This document shows positions 45,581 to 57,941 of a stretch of 64,000 nucleotides of DNA, in pieces. A program made the position numbers and the translations under genes. Position 1 is the first letter of the stretch. Each line of letters begins with the position of its first letter. A model generated the notes under the pieces. That model was given only the letters and a program-made list of their open reading frames with translations, ran no database searches and was not told where the DNA came from. Source of the DNA: Macrostomum lignano (Eukaryota); assembly GCA_002269645.1 (NCBI GenBank), contig NIVC01001018.1, forward strand, positions 186,001-250,000, in the 5' to 3' direction.

Positions 45581-48500
45581 ATGTCCCTGATGAAGTTTTG
45601 CCAGTTGACAATAGCATTATGACCAATGTTGCATTGTTGTTAACACTCATCTTACTTTGCTTCTATGACTATAGCCAACTACCAAATGAGATACTAGCTT
45701 CAAAGTATCTTAGCTGCTACTGCAGCATAAGATGACTAGCTTAAAAAATAGCCTTTCTGAATTGACACCTGGGCATGAAAGCTGGTCCATAGTCCCGAGT
45801 ATGCTTAATGCACGCGAAAATAATTTTTGCCCTTGCACGCTACACGCGGGAGGTCAAATCACATATACACCCCATGCATGCCGAGCTAAATGACTTTTTA
45901 AATTTAAATTTTAGATTTTTTTGATTTAAATTTTTAACAAGAGATTTAAAATTCAAATAAAGAAAAAAACTATCCATTTGACCATAGTAAACTAGGACAG
46001 GTGAGTGGCAGCAAGGGATCTAGATCTACCGATCTATTTACATAAGCAGTAAGCTTTGCATTGAATAATTAATGCAAGACACACTTTCAAATAAAAACGA
46101 AAAAAATACTTACAAAATACTTTAGTTTGTATTTATTATATACTGTTTTATAATTCCTGAAAATTGTTTTGCATCACACAAAAATTGTTTTCCTTATTGC
46201 AGATACACAAAAAGATCTCTCATTATGCACATTGTGTTATTATCGTGAGACATTCAATTTAAAATAAAAAATTTGTCGTTACCAAAAATGTGGAGTGAAT
46301 AAAATATTTGCGCAGCGCATGCCAAAATAATTTCCGCCTCTTGGCTGCATGCTGTGCACGCTGTATATAGCTGCCTGGGACCTTGTTGCATCGCATGCGA
46401 GAATTTTCCTCACAAAACAGCATCTTTGGGAGTATAGCAGCTGGTGCATGCCCATGCCAGTCTATCCAAAAATTGGTCACCTTACCTAGGGCCTATATGC
46501 CATTGCAATGGCATTTGTGTTGCCATTATATTGCCAGCGCCACCTCTACCGCATGTCAAGCATGACACCATTAGTTTTCAATAAGATACATGGTATGTTG
46601 CCATTTAGTTGATAATGTCTCGAGGTGTTGTCATAATAGTGGCATAGCTCTAGTGCAAGACGCACTTGCCTAGGGGGTACCATAAATGTAGGTGCTGCAG
46701 GGCAACCATCTATGTCATTGAATATAATTGTATGTTTTTTAGCAAGCTGACTAAAAACTTAAGAAGACTTATAAATTATTTTTTATACCCCCTTCTAGTT
46801 TTCTAGTGATATCCTTGCAGTTTTAACCATAGACAATTGCTAAAAGACAGTTGTTGCTTCACTTTCTTACACGCCTTGGCACAATTTCAATTTCATGCTT
46901 TTATAAATGCTACAAAGGTTTTCATGTCATACTATTATTATCGTTTTTTGTCATTTTAAGTTAGTACTGTTCATATTCAAACAGAAAATTAAATTGTTTT
47001 TCTTAGAACACACAAATTTTAAAATGGCATAGAAATTTAGATTTTCACATACAAATAAAGAATAAAAGAGGCCTTCTATATATTAAATAATAAAAATAGG
47101 CCTAATAACTTTTAAATGATTAATTTTAATTATCATATAATAATTAACTTTTCAGACTAATAATAATAACCACAGTCTGGATCATGTAACATACACCTGA
47201 AAATTTAGGTATGCATTGGCTTTGCAGGCCAAAAGTTAGGTATACACACTTGGCATGCATGATTTGTAGGAAAATAATTTGCATGCATACCTAGAAGCCT
47301 AGCATGCAATGTATACAATCAGGCAAAAAAGTTGGGGCCTAGTGTTAAGTGGAAAAAGATTGAAAAGTTTATTTTTAAAAATAAATTTCAATTTAAGCTT
47401 TCCAGTTTTAAGTTTATAATAAAAAACTTAAAAAATGTTTTTACATATTGATTTTTTTGCATTGTAAATAATATGGAATACTTTTAGACACAGTGGCTAG
47501 TTCTATAATGTTGGAGCATATAAGCATAGCTGCAATGTCTATAGGCCCTAATGTTAAGCATACATGGTAACTACTGTTGCTATAAATTATGGCAATAAAT
47601 GTGTAGGTATTGTAGACATGGCTGCTGTCTCTAGTATAAGATGCATTTTTTATTGTATGGACACAGTCACTGATTTGCTATGTCTATAAGTTCTAATATA
47701 GATATAGTAGCCTAGCCATGTCTATAAGTATAGACTTAAGCACTATTAGAAACATGATGGCCATGTCTATAATCCAAAAACTTATAGAAATGGTGGTTGT
47801 GTCTCTAAGTGTGGTATAAATAATACTATATAGACAAGAAAGAAAGTTAAATAATCAACTGAATTATTAGCCAAAAAGGGTCCTTTATGGTTACACAATT
47901 CAAAAAAGGTTATTTATTTTTGAATTGTTGAAAGTGAAAAAAGGTCAATTATTATTGTAACACTAGCCTAGATTTGAGAATATAGACATGCATTTAATTT
48001 TTTTGGTATATTTATAATACCAAATTGTTACAAATTATAAGTTTTTGTTTAGGCATGCACCTAGCATGATCCAGCCTATAGAATAATAGTGTATATAAAT
48101 ATATTGTATTGGTAAATATATTGTCTCTAGACAAGTAATTCCCATATATTAAAAGTAAGTTTATAGATATTTTTATTTATAAATGATTGATTTTTAAAAA
48201 AGTAAATGATAAGATAAAGATATCAAACTACTTTGAATTTAAGACAGTCTAAATCTACCTAGCAAACTTAATATAAATAATAAAATATAAGAGTAAGTAA
48301 ATGAGTTGTCTCTATAAAGGTTTTTGATAGTGCTAATTTCAAATTGAAACTTCATTTTTATATAGGCCCTTAGCTTTAACCCAAGTCCTAATTATATTTA
48401 GTTTAAAGCCAACCACTAGGGTATAAGAAATAAAATAGGAGGTTAAGTTACTTAATGTAAGGACCTAAGGAGATTTTTTAATGGGATTGATTCTATTCTG

Positions 48501-49458
48501 AAAAATATTTAAACGTGATTCTAAGGAATATTTAGGGGAAATTCTAAGGAATGTTTAAGGGTGTTGGGTGATTTTGAGGGATATTTAAAAGCAATTCTAA
48601 GGAAAACAAAAGATGATTCTTGGGGTTTATGTAGTGACTAAAAATGGTTTATTTAAAAAAAGAAGCAGGAAATAAAATATATATTCAAATGATCACTAAA
48701 TAGCTAATAATTTTTTAGTTAACTTAAAAATTCCTTATTGGCAAATGTGACAAAAACCAAACCATGTAGTATAAAAATTAAAGTTGATATGATTTTGAAA
48801 ATAAGGTTAGTAATTTGTTTACTATGCTATTAATGTTCTTTACTATGCTTTATAGTTTATCTAGGCTATGTAGAGTTATTGCTGGCATCATTTAGCTATT
48901 TAGATATTTAGCAATTTTAGGATTATTTTCATATTTTTAACCATTATATAAACAATTATATAAATAGCACTGCAAAACAAAGTCAACAAAACTGCTAAAT
49001 TACTGGCATAGCTTTAATAGAACCCCATAGGTACATGTTGCAAGTTGAATGCAAAATAGACTAAAATATAAGTTATCATGTTGTCTGAATGTCTTTCAGA
49101 GCATTTTAAACATGTATAACAACAAACTACTGATTACTATCTCACAATGCAATATTTTTATAATGCCAAGTAGCATTTCTCTTGCCTTAAAGATTATAAA
49201 AAGTGGCTGCTGCAAAAGTTTCTACAGTGAATTTGTTTTGTTGTTCATAGTTTTAGAAAAGCAAAAAATACTAAATTAGCATATCATTCTTTTTTTGTAA
49301 AATGGACCTTTTTGCAATTGCAAGTCCAAAGAGTGCAATTTTTTGGACCTCTCTTGGACTTTTATGATTAACAGTGTGCTAAGTTTGGAAGATGGTTAAT
49401 AAGATGCAACCTAAAATTTACATATAATAATGCGAATTCTTCTCACAGCTGGTGGCCC

Positions 49459-51387
49459 ATGGACAGCGGACAATTTACCGAAGACATCAGTCGCCAAATG
49501 CGCATACCAGATAGGCTGGGCCCAATGGCAGACAGGGATTATGAAGCCCTCCACACTGACACTGATGGCGGCTTCAGCCGTGCCGCACAGCAACAGCCCG
49601 CGTTTCTCGGCGCTCTCGATTTGATGAGCGTGCCGGATCGACTGCTAGCTACTTTGTGCCCGCGCCAGCCGACGATTTTAACAATACTTATCGTAGTTAC
49701 TATAGCGACGCCAGGGCTGACGCGGGCGGCGGGGCTAAGCTTGCGGACCCGGCTCTGACTATTGATACACCGCCAGCCACCATCACTCTGGACAAGGTGC
49801 GGTATCCGGACTTCCCAGCCTCCGATGAGAGCAGCTTGTGAGTTCAATGCTCGCATGATTGCTAATTGACTGCCTGCTGAATTTAAACCTCTTATGGGTT
49901 TTTTTCCAAGATAAATAGAATCGCCCCACCCCCATCTCAATAATCGCCCCACACCCATCTCAATAATCGCCTCACACCCATCTCAATAATCGCCCCACAC
50001 CCATCTCAAGAATGGCCCCATCCCCATCTCAAGAATGGCCCCATCCCCATCTCAAGAATGGCCCCATCCCCATCTCAAGAATGGCCCCATCCCCATCTCA
50101 AGAATGGCCCCATCCCAATCTCAAGAATCGCCCCACACCCATCTCAAGAATCGCCCCACACCCATCTCAAGAATGGCCTCATCCCCATCTCAAGAATGGC
50201 CCCATCCCCTCCTCAAGAATGGCCCCATCCCCTCCTCAAGAATGGCCCCATCCCCTCCTCAAGAATGGCCCCATCCCCTCCTCAAGAATGGCCCCATCCC
50301 CATCTCAAGAAGTGCCCCATCCCCATCTCAAGAATGGCCTCATCCCTCCTCAAGAAGTGCCCCATCCCCTCCTCAAGAAGTGCCCCATCCCCTCCTCAAG
50401 AAGTGCCCCATCCCCTCCTCAAGAAGTGCCCCATCCCCTCCTCAAGAAGTTCCCCATCCCCTCCTCAAGAATGGCCCCATCCCCTCCTCAAGAATGGCCC
50501 CATCCCCTCCTCAAGAATGGCCCCATCCCCATCTCAAGAATGGCCTCATCCCTCCTCAAGAATGGCCTCATCCCTCCTCAAGAAGTGCCCCATCCCCTCC
50601 TCAAGAAGTGCCCCATCCCCTCCTCAAGAAGTGCCCCATCCCCTCCTCAAGAATGGCCCCATCCCCTCCTCAAGAATGGCCCCATCCCCTCCTCAAGAAG
50701 TGCCCCATCCCCTCCTCAAGAATGGCCCCATCCCCATCTCAAGAAGTGCCCCATCCCCATCTCAAGAATGGCCTCATCCCTCCTCAAGAAGTGCCCCATC
50801 CCCTCCTCAAGAAGTGCCCCATCCCCTCCTCAAGAAGTGCCCCATCCCAATCTCAAGAATCGCCCCACACCCATCTCAAGAATGGCCCCATCCTAATCTC
50901 AAGAATCGCCCCACACCCATCTCAAGAATGGCCCCATCCCCATCTCAAGAATGGCCCCATCCCCTCCTCAAGAAGTGCCCCATCCCCTCCTCAAGAAGTG
51001 CCCCATCCCCTCCTCAAGAATGGCTCCATCCCCTCCTCAAGAAGTGCCCCATCCCCATCTCAAAAATCGCCCCATCCCCATTTTAATAATCAATCCATCG
51101 CCATCTAAAGAATGGCCGCAGGCAAGAAGAAGCGCCGCAGGCTGAGCAGCCGGCAGCGTCCGGCCTCGCCGCCCAGCAACAGCATCTACGAGTTGGACGA
51201 TGACGCAACAGTGGCGCCGACAGCTCTGGCGGCCTCCAAGCTGGCCAAACTGCAGCGTCGCGTTGAAGCGCTGGAGTCCGAGAGCCGGAAGCGGCGTCAA
51301 CTGGAGATGGCGCTGTACTCGGCTTTGGGAACTTACCTGCTGTTGAAATTGGCCAGTTGGCTAGTGGCCAGCGGTGCAAATCGATAA
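49459..51387 (+). CDS. MFF: Mitochondrial fission factor homolog; probable join(49459..49655,49697..49837,51111..51387), about 204 aa
   Basis: R1 FTEDISRQMRIPDRL, R2 MSVPDRLL, TPPATITL, coiled coil KLQRRVEALESESRKRRQLEM and a C-terminal TM. The long intron is phase-2 consistent; the first exon needs a micro-intron or a 1-nt correction. Confidence 0.85.
49920..51080. repeat. About 23-bp C-rich minisatellite (CCCATCTCAAGAATGGCCCCATC) in the MFF intron
   Basis: Read directly. Confidence 0.97.
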
Positions 51388-52094
51388 GCTCCATTTGATT
51401 TCGTTTCGCCCGCCGCCCACAAAGTTGCAATCGTCATCATTTTCGCGCGCTTTCTTTCGTTTCTTAGCCCGGAACTATCGAGTGCTTTTTTGCTCGGACC
51501 TTTCACGAATAATTATTAAAAATGTAGTTCTCCATTATTTTTCACTACTAACAGTAGTAGATATCAGTAGTAAATATCGATTGGTGCAAAAGATACGAGT
51601 GTGAATAACATTTTCAGTTTAGTGTGAAACCCAATAAAAGGGTCTGCCGTGCTTCCTTTGTATTGTCATTATATTTTACGGTACGTTTAAAACAAAAATG
51701 TTTACTTGTTTTTTCATTAATTTTATTCAACAGAAAGCGCCTAAAAGCTATGGCTATTTTGAGAGAACTTTCTTTTTATAAAGTACTTCAAATCGCAATG
51801 TACGATCCATTGTGCGCCCACTGCTCAACAAAACCAACAAGAGGCTTTGAATAATAAGCGTATTAGATTTTTTTAATCACATTTTGGTTGCAATGATTTC
51901 TAACACTGCCTTACTGTTGCCAGTTAACTTCTGCGGCATGGTATGCATTTTTTACCTACTCCTGGCTACTCTTATAGCTGCTGACTGAGCACCAGCCTAC
52001 TGACAGAGACTTGGCCACTCACTCACCTATTCACTCATAAAGCATCATTAGGTGTCGCCCTTACTCTGAGACCCACCCTCAGTCTCAGATTCAC

Positions 52095-52450
52095 TGTCTC
52101 GCTCTGGGGTTCCCTATCTCACTCTGAGATTCTCGATCTCACTGAGATTCACTGTCTCATTCTGAGACTCACTCTCCCACTCTGAGACTCACTCTCCCAC
52201 TCTATGACTCACTCTCCCACTCTGAGACTCACTCTCCCACTCTGAGACTCACTCTCCCACTCTGAGATTCTCGATCTCACTGAGATTCACTCTCCCACTC
52301 TGAGACTCACTCTCCCACTGTGAGATTCACTCTCTCATTCTGAGATTCACCGTCTCGCTCTGAGATTGGCCCTCTCTAAGATTCATCTTGTTCTAAGATT
52401 TACCCTCTCATCCTGAGATTCACCCTCTCACCCTGAGATTCACCCGCACT
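52095..52450. repeat. About 20-bp minisatellite (CTGAGACTCACTCTCCCACT) upstream of the orphan 2-TM gene
   Basis: Read directly. Confidence 0.9.
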
Positions 52451-52508
52451 CTGAACCGGACTACTGCCCTCATTTGCAGCCCACACACCGTCGCGTAGCC
52501 ATTAGAAG

Positions 52509-54193
52509 ATGTTCGGCAAGAAGAAATCAGCCCCAGGAGCGAAGCCAAAGCTGGACGATAACGCCAAGGCTGCCGTCATGGCCACCGCCGGATTTGACGG
52601 CTCGGGTGGTGGAGGCAAAACTGGGGCTGGCGCCGGGGCCAGCGCATCCGGTACGCAGGCTGCGGCGGCTGGCGGTGCGCAACTGCTGAACCAGGCTCTG
52701 GAGCGGTACAGCGTGCGAATGAAGCGATTTTGTAAGGCCGGCGCTATCTTGGCCGGAATTGGCATCGTTATCCTGCTGGTTGGAGCTCTGCTGGTCCACT
52801 TCTTTAAGGGCCACCTGTCGTCTAATACGTGGAAAAGGTTTGCGGTGGAGAGGGTTAGGGTGTGGGCTGGCGGGTGGGTTAGGGTGTTAGCTGGCGGGTG
52901 GGTTAGGGTGTGGGCTGGCGGGTGGGTTAGGGTGTGGGCTGGCGGGTGGGTTAGGGTGTTAGCTGGCGGGTGGGTTAGGGTGTTAGCTAACGGGTGGGTT
53001 AGGGTGTGGGCTGGCGGGTGGGTTAGGGTGTTAGCTGGCGGGTGGGTTAGGATGTTAGCTGGCGGGTGGGTTAGGGTGTTAGCTGGCGGGTAGGTTAGGG
53101 TGTTAGCTGGCGGGTGGGTTAGGGTGTTAGCTGGCGGGTGGGTTAGGGTGTTAGCTGCCGGGTGGGTTAGGGTGTTAGCTGGCGGGTGGGTTAGGGTGTT
53201 AGCTGCCGGGTAGGTTAGGGTGTTAGCTGGCGGGTGGGTTAGGGTGTTAGCTGGCGGGTGGGTTAGGGTGTTAGCTGGCGGGTGGGTTAGGGTGTTAGCT
53301 GGCGGGTGGGTTAGGGTGTTATCTGGCGGGTGGGTTAGGGTGTTAGCTGGCGGGTGGGTTAGGATGTTAGCTGGCGGGTGGGTTAGGGTGTTAGCTGGCG
53401 GGTGGGTTAGGGTGTTAGCTGGCGGGTGGGTTAGGATGTTAGCTGGCGGGTGGGTTAGGGTGTTAGCTGGCGGGTGGGTTAGGGTGTTAGCTGGCGGGTG
53501 GGTTAGGGTGTTAGCTGGCGGGTGGGTTAGGGTGTTAGCTGGCGGGTGGGTTAGGGTGTTAGCTGGCGGGTGGGTTAGGGTGTTAGCTGGCGGGTGGGTT
53601 AGGGTGTTATCTGGCGGGTGGGTTAGGGTGTTAGCTGGCGGGTGGGTTAGGGTGTTGGCTGGCGGGTAGGTTAGGGTGTTGGCTGGCGGGTAGGTTAGGG
53701 TGTGAGCTGGCGGGCGGGTTAGCGTTTGTTTAAGGTGTGGTAGTTAAAATTCACATGCACACCCCAATGTCTCTGTTTGCAGAATTCCGGGCATTTTCGG
53801 CATCGTATTCCTGCTGCTCAGCCTGCTGATGCTGGGCATTGCCATCCTGCTGCTTGTGTGCGCTTATCACCTGATGAAGAATCGGGACAGAGACGTGAGT
53901 GAATATTTAATATTGTATAGGCTTAATCGGGTTGAGTGAATGCGTGTAAATTTGCACTCACCCTACTAACAGTAGTAGCAGCAGTAGTAATTCTCTAAAC
54001 TGTGCGCAAATTTCTTCAGTCGGCTTCGCCTTGCGTGAACCTACAACCGCCGCAGCCGGGCAGCCTACCGGACACCGCCTATCCCAAACAGGAGGTCCCC
54101 AAACAGAAAGGCGCCGGTGACGCTTCGGCTCCAGACGACGAATCGGCGCCGCTTCGTGCTACTGAAGAGGCGGAAGCGGAGGCGACTGCGTAG
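52509..54193 (+). CDS. Orphan two-TM protein; join(52509..52837,53783..53894,54020..54193), 204 aa
   Basis: GT-AG junctions are phase-consistent (615 nt); TMs AGAILAGIGIVILLVGALLVHFF and IPGIFGIVFLLLSLLMLGIAILLLVCAY. Confidence 0.75.
52845..53722. repeat. 24-bp G-rich minisatellite (GGGTGGGTTAGGGTGTTAGCTGGC)n, about 36 copies, in intron 1 of the 2-TM gene
   Basis: Read directly; most units contain TTAGGG. Confidence 0.98.
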
Positions 54194-54739
54194 AGTCGTA
54201 GACGCAGTGCGGAGCAGACACTACCGGGTTTACTATAATAATGTTTACCAATAAAAAGCGTATATATCCGGTATATATAAATATTCATAATATACTCGTA
54301 AAATATTTTTTGTTTTCTGTTTGCCTTTTGTCTTACTGCTATTATTAATTCTATTTTTTGCGGTTTATGTCTAAAGCTGTTCATGGGAGCAGCTAACCAA
54401 AAGTTCATCTGCACTGGAATTAATTCAGGAATCTTCCTTTGCTAGTTCTGTCTTGAGAGTTGATTGGACTTTGAAGTTAGAGTGCTTATAAGCGAATGGA
54501 AAATAATTTTAATAATTTACCTTTTGTAAATGTTTGTATACTTAGCATAACTTGATTTTCATACAAATTTCTAGTTATTTTATTTAAATTTGTATCCACT
54601 TAGTTTTTCCGTCGATATCATTTATAGTTTCGGCTATATAATAAAATGCAACTAATTTTCTTGGTTTTCTCGCTATTATTACCAGCTTTGTAAATTAAGG
54701 CATCAATGAAAAAATTGTAGCCGGGAAGAGGATTGTTAC

Positions 54740-55030
54740 ATTAAGGGTTGGGTAAGAGTTTGTCGCGGGAGAGAGCGTGTACATTGAGGGTGGGGGTAGG
54801 AGCTTGTCGCGGGAGAGAGCGTGTACATTGAGGGTGGGGGTAGGAGCTTGTCGCGGGAGAGAGCGTGTACATTGAGGGTGGGGGTAGGAGCTTGTCGCGG
54901 GAGAGAGCGTGTACATTGAGGGTGGGGGTAGGAGCTTGTCGCGAGAGAGCGTGTGTAAATCGAAGTGGGGGTAGGAGCTTGTTGCGGGAGAGAGCGTGTG
55001 TACATTGAGAGTTGGGTAAGAGTTTGTCGC
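54740..55030. repeat. 44-bp minisatellite (TGTCGCGGGAGAGAGCGTGTACATTGAGGGTGGGGGTAGGAGCT)
   Basis: Read directly. Confidence 0.9.
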
Positions 55031-55846
55031 TAGAGAGTGTGTAATCGTTACGTTGAAAATATTGAAATATTGAAAATATTGAAAAATTGTTACGTTGAAA
55101 AATTTTCGTTATCAACAGTATTTTCCTATCAGGTCATCTTTTGTAAAACTACCATTGCAATCCCATTTGTACGAACAATACATGGCTATTTAGCTCTATA
55201 ATTTTTTAATGCAATTTTTGAAATTTTCCTTTATATTTCTAAGCCTTTGTTCGAAATGTTTAGTTCTTCTAGCTTAAGAATCTGCATGGCCTTAAGCTAC
55301 CCAGTTTTATATATCTAAATATACATTTCTCAAACGCTGTCTAGTCAGCCAGTCAGATATTTTTAGCAATCTCGCTTTGTCGGCTTTCTTCGCTTGGTGC
55401 GACCCGTGCCGACTGTAACTAAAAAAATTTTGGTAGAATTTTTTTAATGCCGATAATAAATATTTAACTTTTAAACCTGGCGAATTCAACGCCTCGTATA
55501 TAAAAGCACCTTTTTAAAGCGTGTATCCAATCAGCTTTAGCTTTTTTTAAGCTTCAACATGGTTTCTTTTCATTGACAACATCGGGGCATGCGAGCCGAG
55601 GGGAGAGTATAAATATGAAAAGCTTCAAGTGCAATTCATTCTATCAAGTGTCATTGCGGGGCTACACTTGAAATATTGTAAATGCCGTGCTTATATACCT
55701 AATCTAAAGGATACAAACAAGAGAACTTGCTTTATTTTATATCATTTAACCTGATTGTACTTGTACTATTAGTACTATTAATATAAATAAACTACATGTA
55801 ATTCAGTAAGAAAACGGATTTATTCAGCGTTTCAATGAACAGTAGA

Positions 55847-56635
55847 TTTTTTTGCTGCGCCTTACGAGAGCAACACTGGCACACGAAATTCCAGAACACG
55901 GGATAACTTTTTGTTCCTCACCTTCTCAAACTTGAATCAAGTTTCCAACCCTCCGGACCGTGAGATATTCAGAGATTCTGCCGGTCGGATTTTTTCCATA
56001 AGCGCCAGTGTATTCAGTACAACCCCTGTGCGCCAACCAGCACTGCACCTCAGTGCAGCCTTGCCAAGCCTCCAAATTACATCAGCACGTCGACCACATG
56101 TGTCTGCAACAGCTCTGACTTCGTTGGTCACTGGCTTTTACCCAGACAGAGCTTCTGGACCTTTAAAAGGTGACACCAGGTGACTATGGACACGCTGTTG
56201 CAAATTTGCAAAATCGAGTTTCGCTGATCAAGCCTCGACAGTGGGCATGATAACATAAATCTGACGTAGTTGCTAGAGAAATTTGCAACAGTGTGCCATA
56301 GTCCCCTGGCACCACCTGTTGAAGGTCCAGAAGCTCCGCCTGGGTAAAAGCCAGTGACCAACGAAGTCAGCTGATGCGCATGTGGTCGACGTTCTAATTA
56401 AATTTGGAAGTTTGGCAAGGCTGCACTGAGGCGCAGTGCTGGTTGGCGCACAGGGATGTACTGAATACACGGGCGCTTATGGGAAAATCCGACCTTCTGG
56501 CAGAATCGTCGAATATCTCGACGGTCCGGAGGGCTGGCGACTTGATTCTTGTTTGAGAAGGCGCGCAACAAAAAAGTTAGCCTGTGTTGTTGAATTTTGT
56601 GTGCCTGTTTTGCTCCGTTTCGCCGCAGCAAAAAA
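55847..56635. mobile_element. Old foldback element, about 360-bp imperfect arms with a spacer of about 70 bp
   Basis: About 55847-56208 is the diverged reverse complement of about 56279-56635. Confidence 0.8.
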
Positions 56636-56799
56636 TGGTTAGGGGGGGATTCCCCCTCCGCCCTTGGTAGTTCGACGGGCGGAATAATGGCTTGGTATTC
56701 CTATTTTTAATAAGAAAAGCGATCAGATCAGCTCAATTTTTTACATTGATCCTGCAATTAACTAAATGCTGTTGGTGCGGCTTTGGTACCGTGCCGTTT

Positions 56800-57715
56800 A
56801 GCGGTTAAGCCCACCCCTACTTCCTACCCTGCTGTCGCTGAACCGCTGCTGTGTTGGCTGTTGGGGTGGGTGCGGTTTATCGATTATCTGGCCGGCCCTC
56901 AGCCCCACCCCACTCCTAGGCCTTCTTCCTGGCCTGCTGTGTTGGGGTGGGTGCGGTTTGTCGATTATCTGGCTGGCTCTCAGAGCCCCAACCCCTCCTA
57001 GGCCTCCTTCCTGCCCTGCTGTGTTGGGGTGGGTGCGGTTTGTCGATTATCTGGCTGGCTCTCAGAGCCCCAACCCCTCCTAGGCCTCCTTCCTGCCCTG
57101 CTGTGTTGGGGTGGGTGCGTTTTATCGATTATCTGGCCGGCCCTCAGCCCCACCCCACTCCTAGGCCTTCTTCCTGCCCTGCTGTGTTGGGGTGGGTGCG
57201 GTTTGTCGATTATCTGGCTGGCTCTCAGAGCCCCAACCCCTCCTAGGCCTCCTTCCTGCCCTGCTGTGTTGGGGTGGGTGCGGTTTATCGATTATCTGGC
57301 CGGCCCTCAGCCCCACCCCACTCCTAGGCCTTCTTCCTGCCCTGCTGTGTTGGGGTGGGTGCGGTTTGTCGATTATCTGGCTGGCTCTCAGAGCCCCAAC
57401 CCCTCCTAGGCCTCCTTCCTGCCCTGCTGTGTTGGGGTGGGTGCGTTTTATCGATTATCTGGCCGGCCCTCAGCCCCACCCCACTCCTAGGCCTTCTTCC
57501 TGCCCTGCTGTGTTGGGGTGGGTGCGGTTTGTCGATTATCTGGCTGGCTCTCAGAGCCCCAACCCCTCCTAGGCCTCCTTCCTGCCCCGCTGTGTTGGGG
57601 TGGGTGCGGTTTATCGATTATCTGGCCGGCCCTCAGCCCCACCCCACTCCTAGGCCTCCTTCCTACCCTGCTGTCACTGAACCGCTGCTGTGTTGGGGTG
57701 GGTGCGGTTTATCGA
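56800..57715. repeat. 81/82-bp alternating units forming a 163-bp higher-order repeat
   Basis: A/B variants alternate; identical ORF starts recur at 57029, 57192, 57355 and 57518. Confidence 0.93.
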
Positions 57716-57941
57716 ATATCCTCAGCTTTACCTTATCGCTATTGATTTGAAAATAGAATCAGACAAAAGCCACGATCAGTTTGCAAGTATAATCCAATCA
57801 ATAATATAAAATGCATTACAAAGAAGGCGCAGTCGCAAACTTAATCCAATCCGTTTTATTATTTTTAGTTTCGCACAAAGCTGAAAGGATGGCAGCGTAC
57901 ATAGCATGATTTGCCGCAGATAGTGAGAGATTTAAAACATT

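Noticed and set aside
50012-51108. Three overlapping ORFs of about 300-350 aa
   Set aside because: All lie in the MFF intron array; frames rotate with the 23-bp unit.
52838-53669. (GGWVRVLA)n extension of the 52509 ORF
   Set aside because: Intronic; a phase-consistent donor at 52837/52838 removes it.
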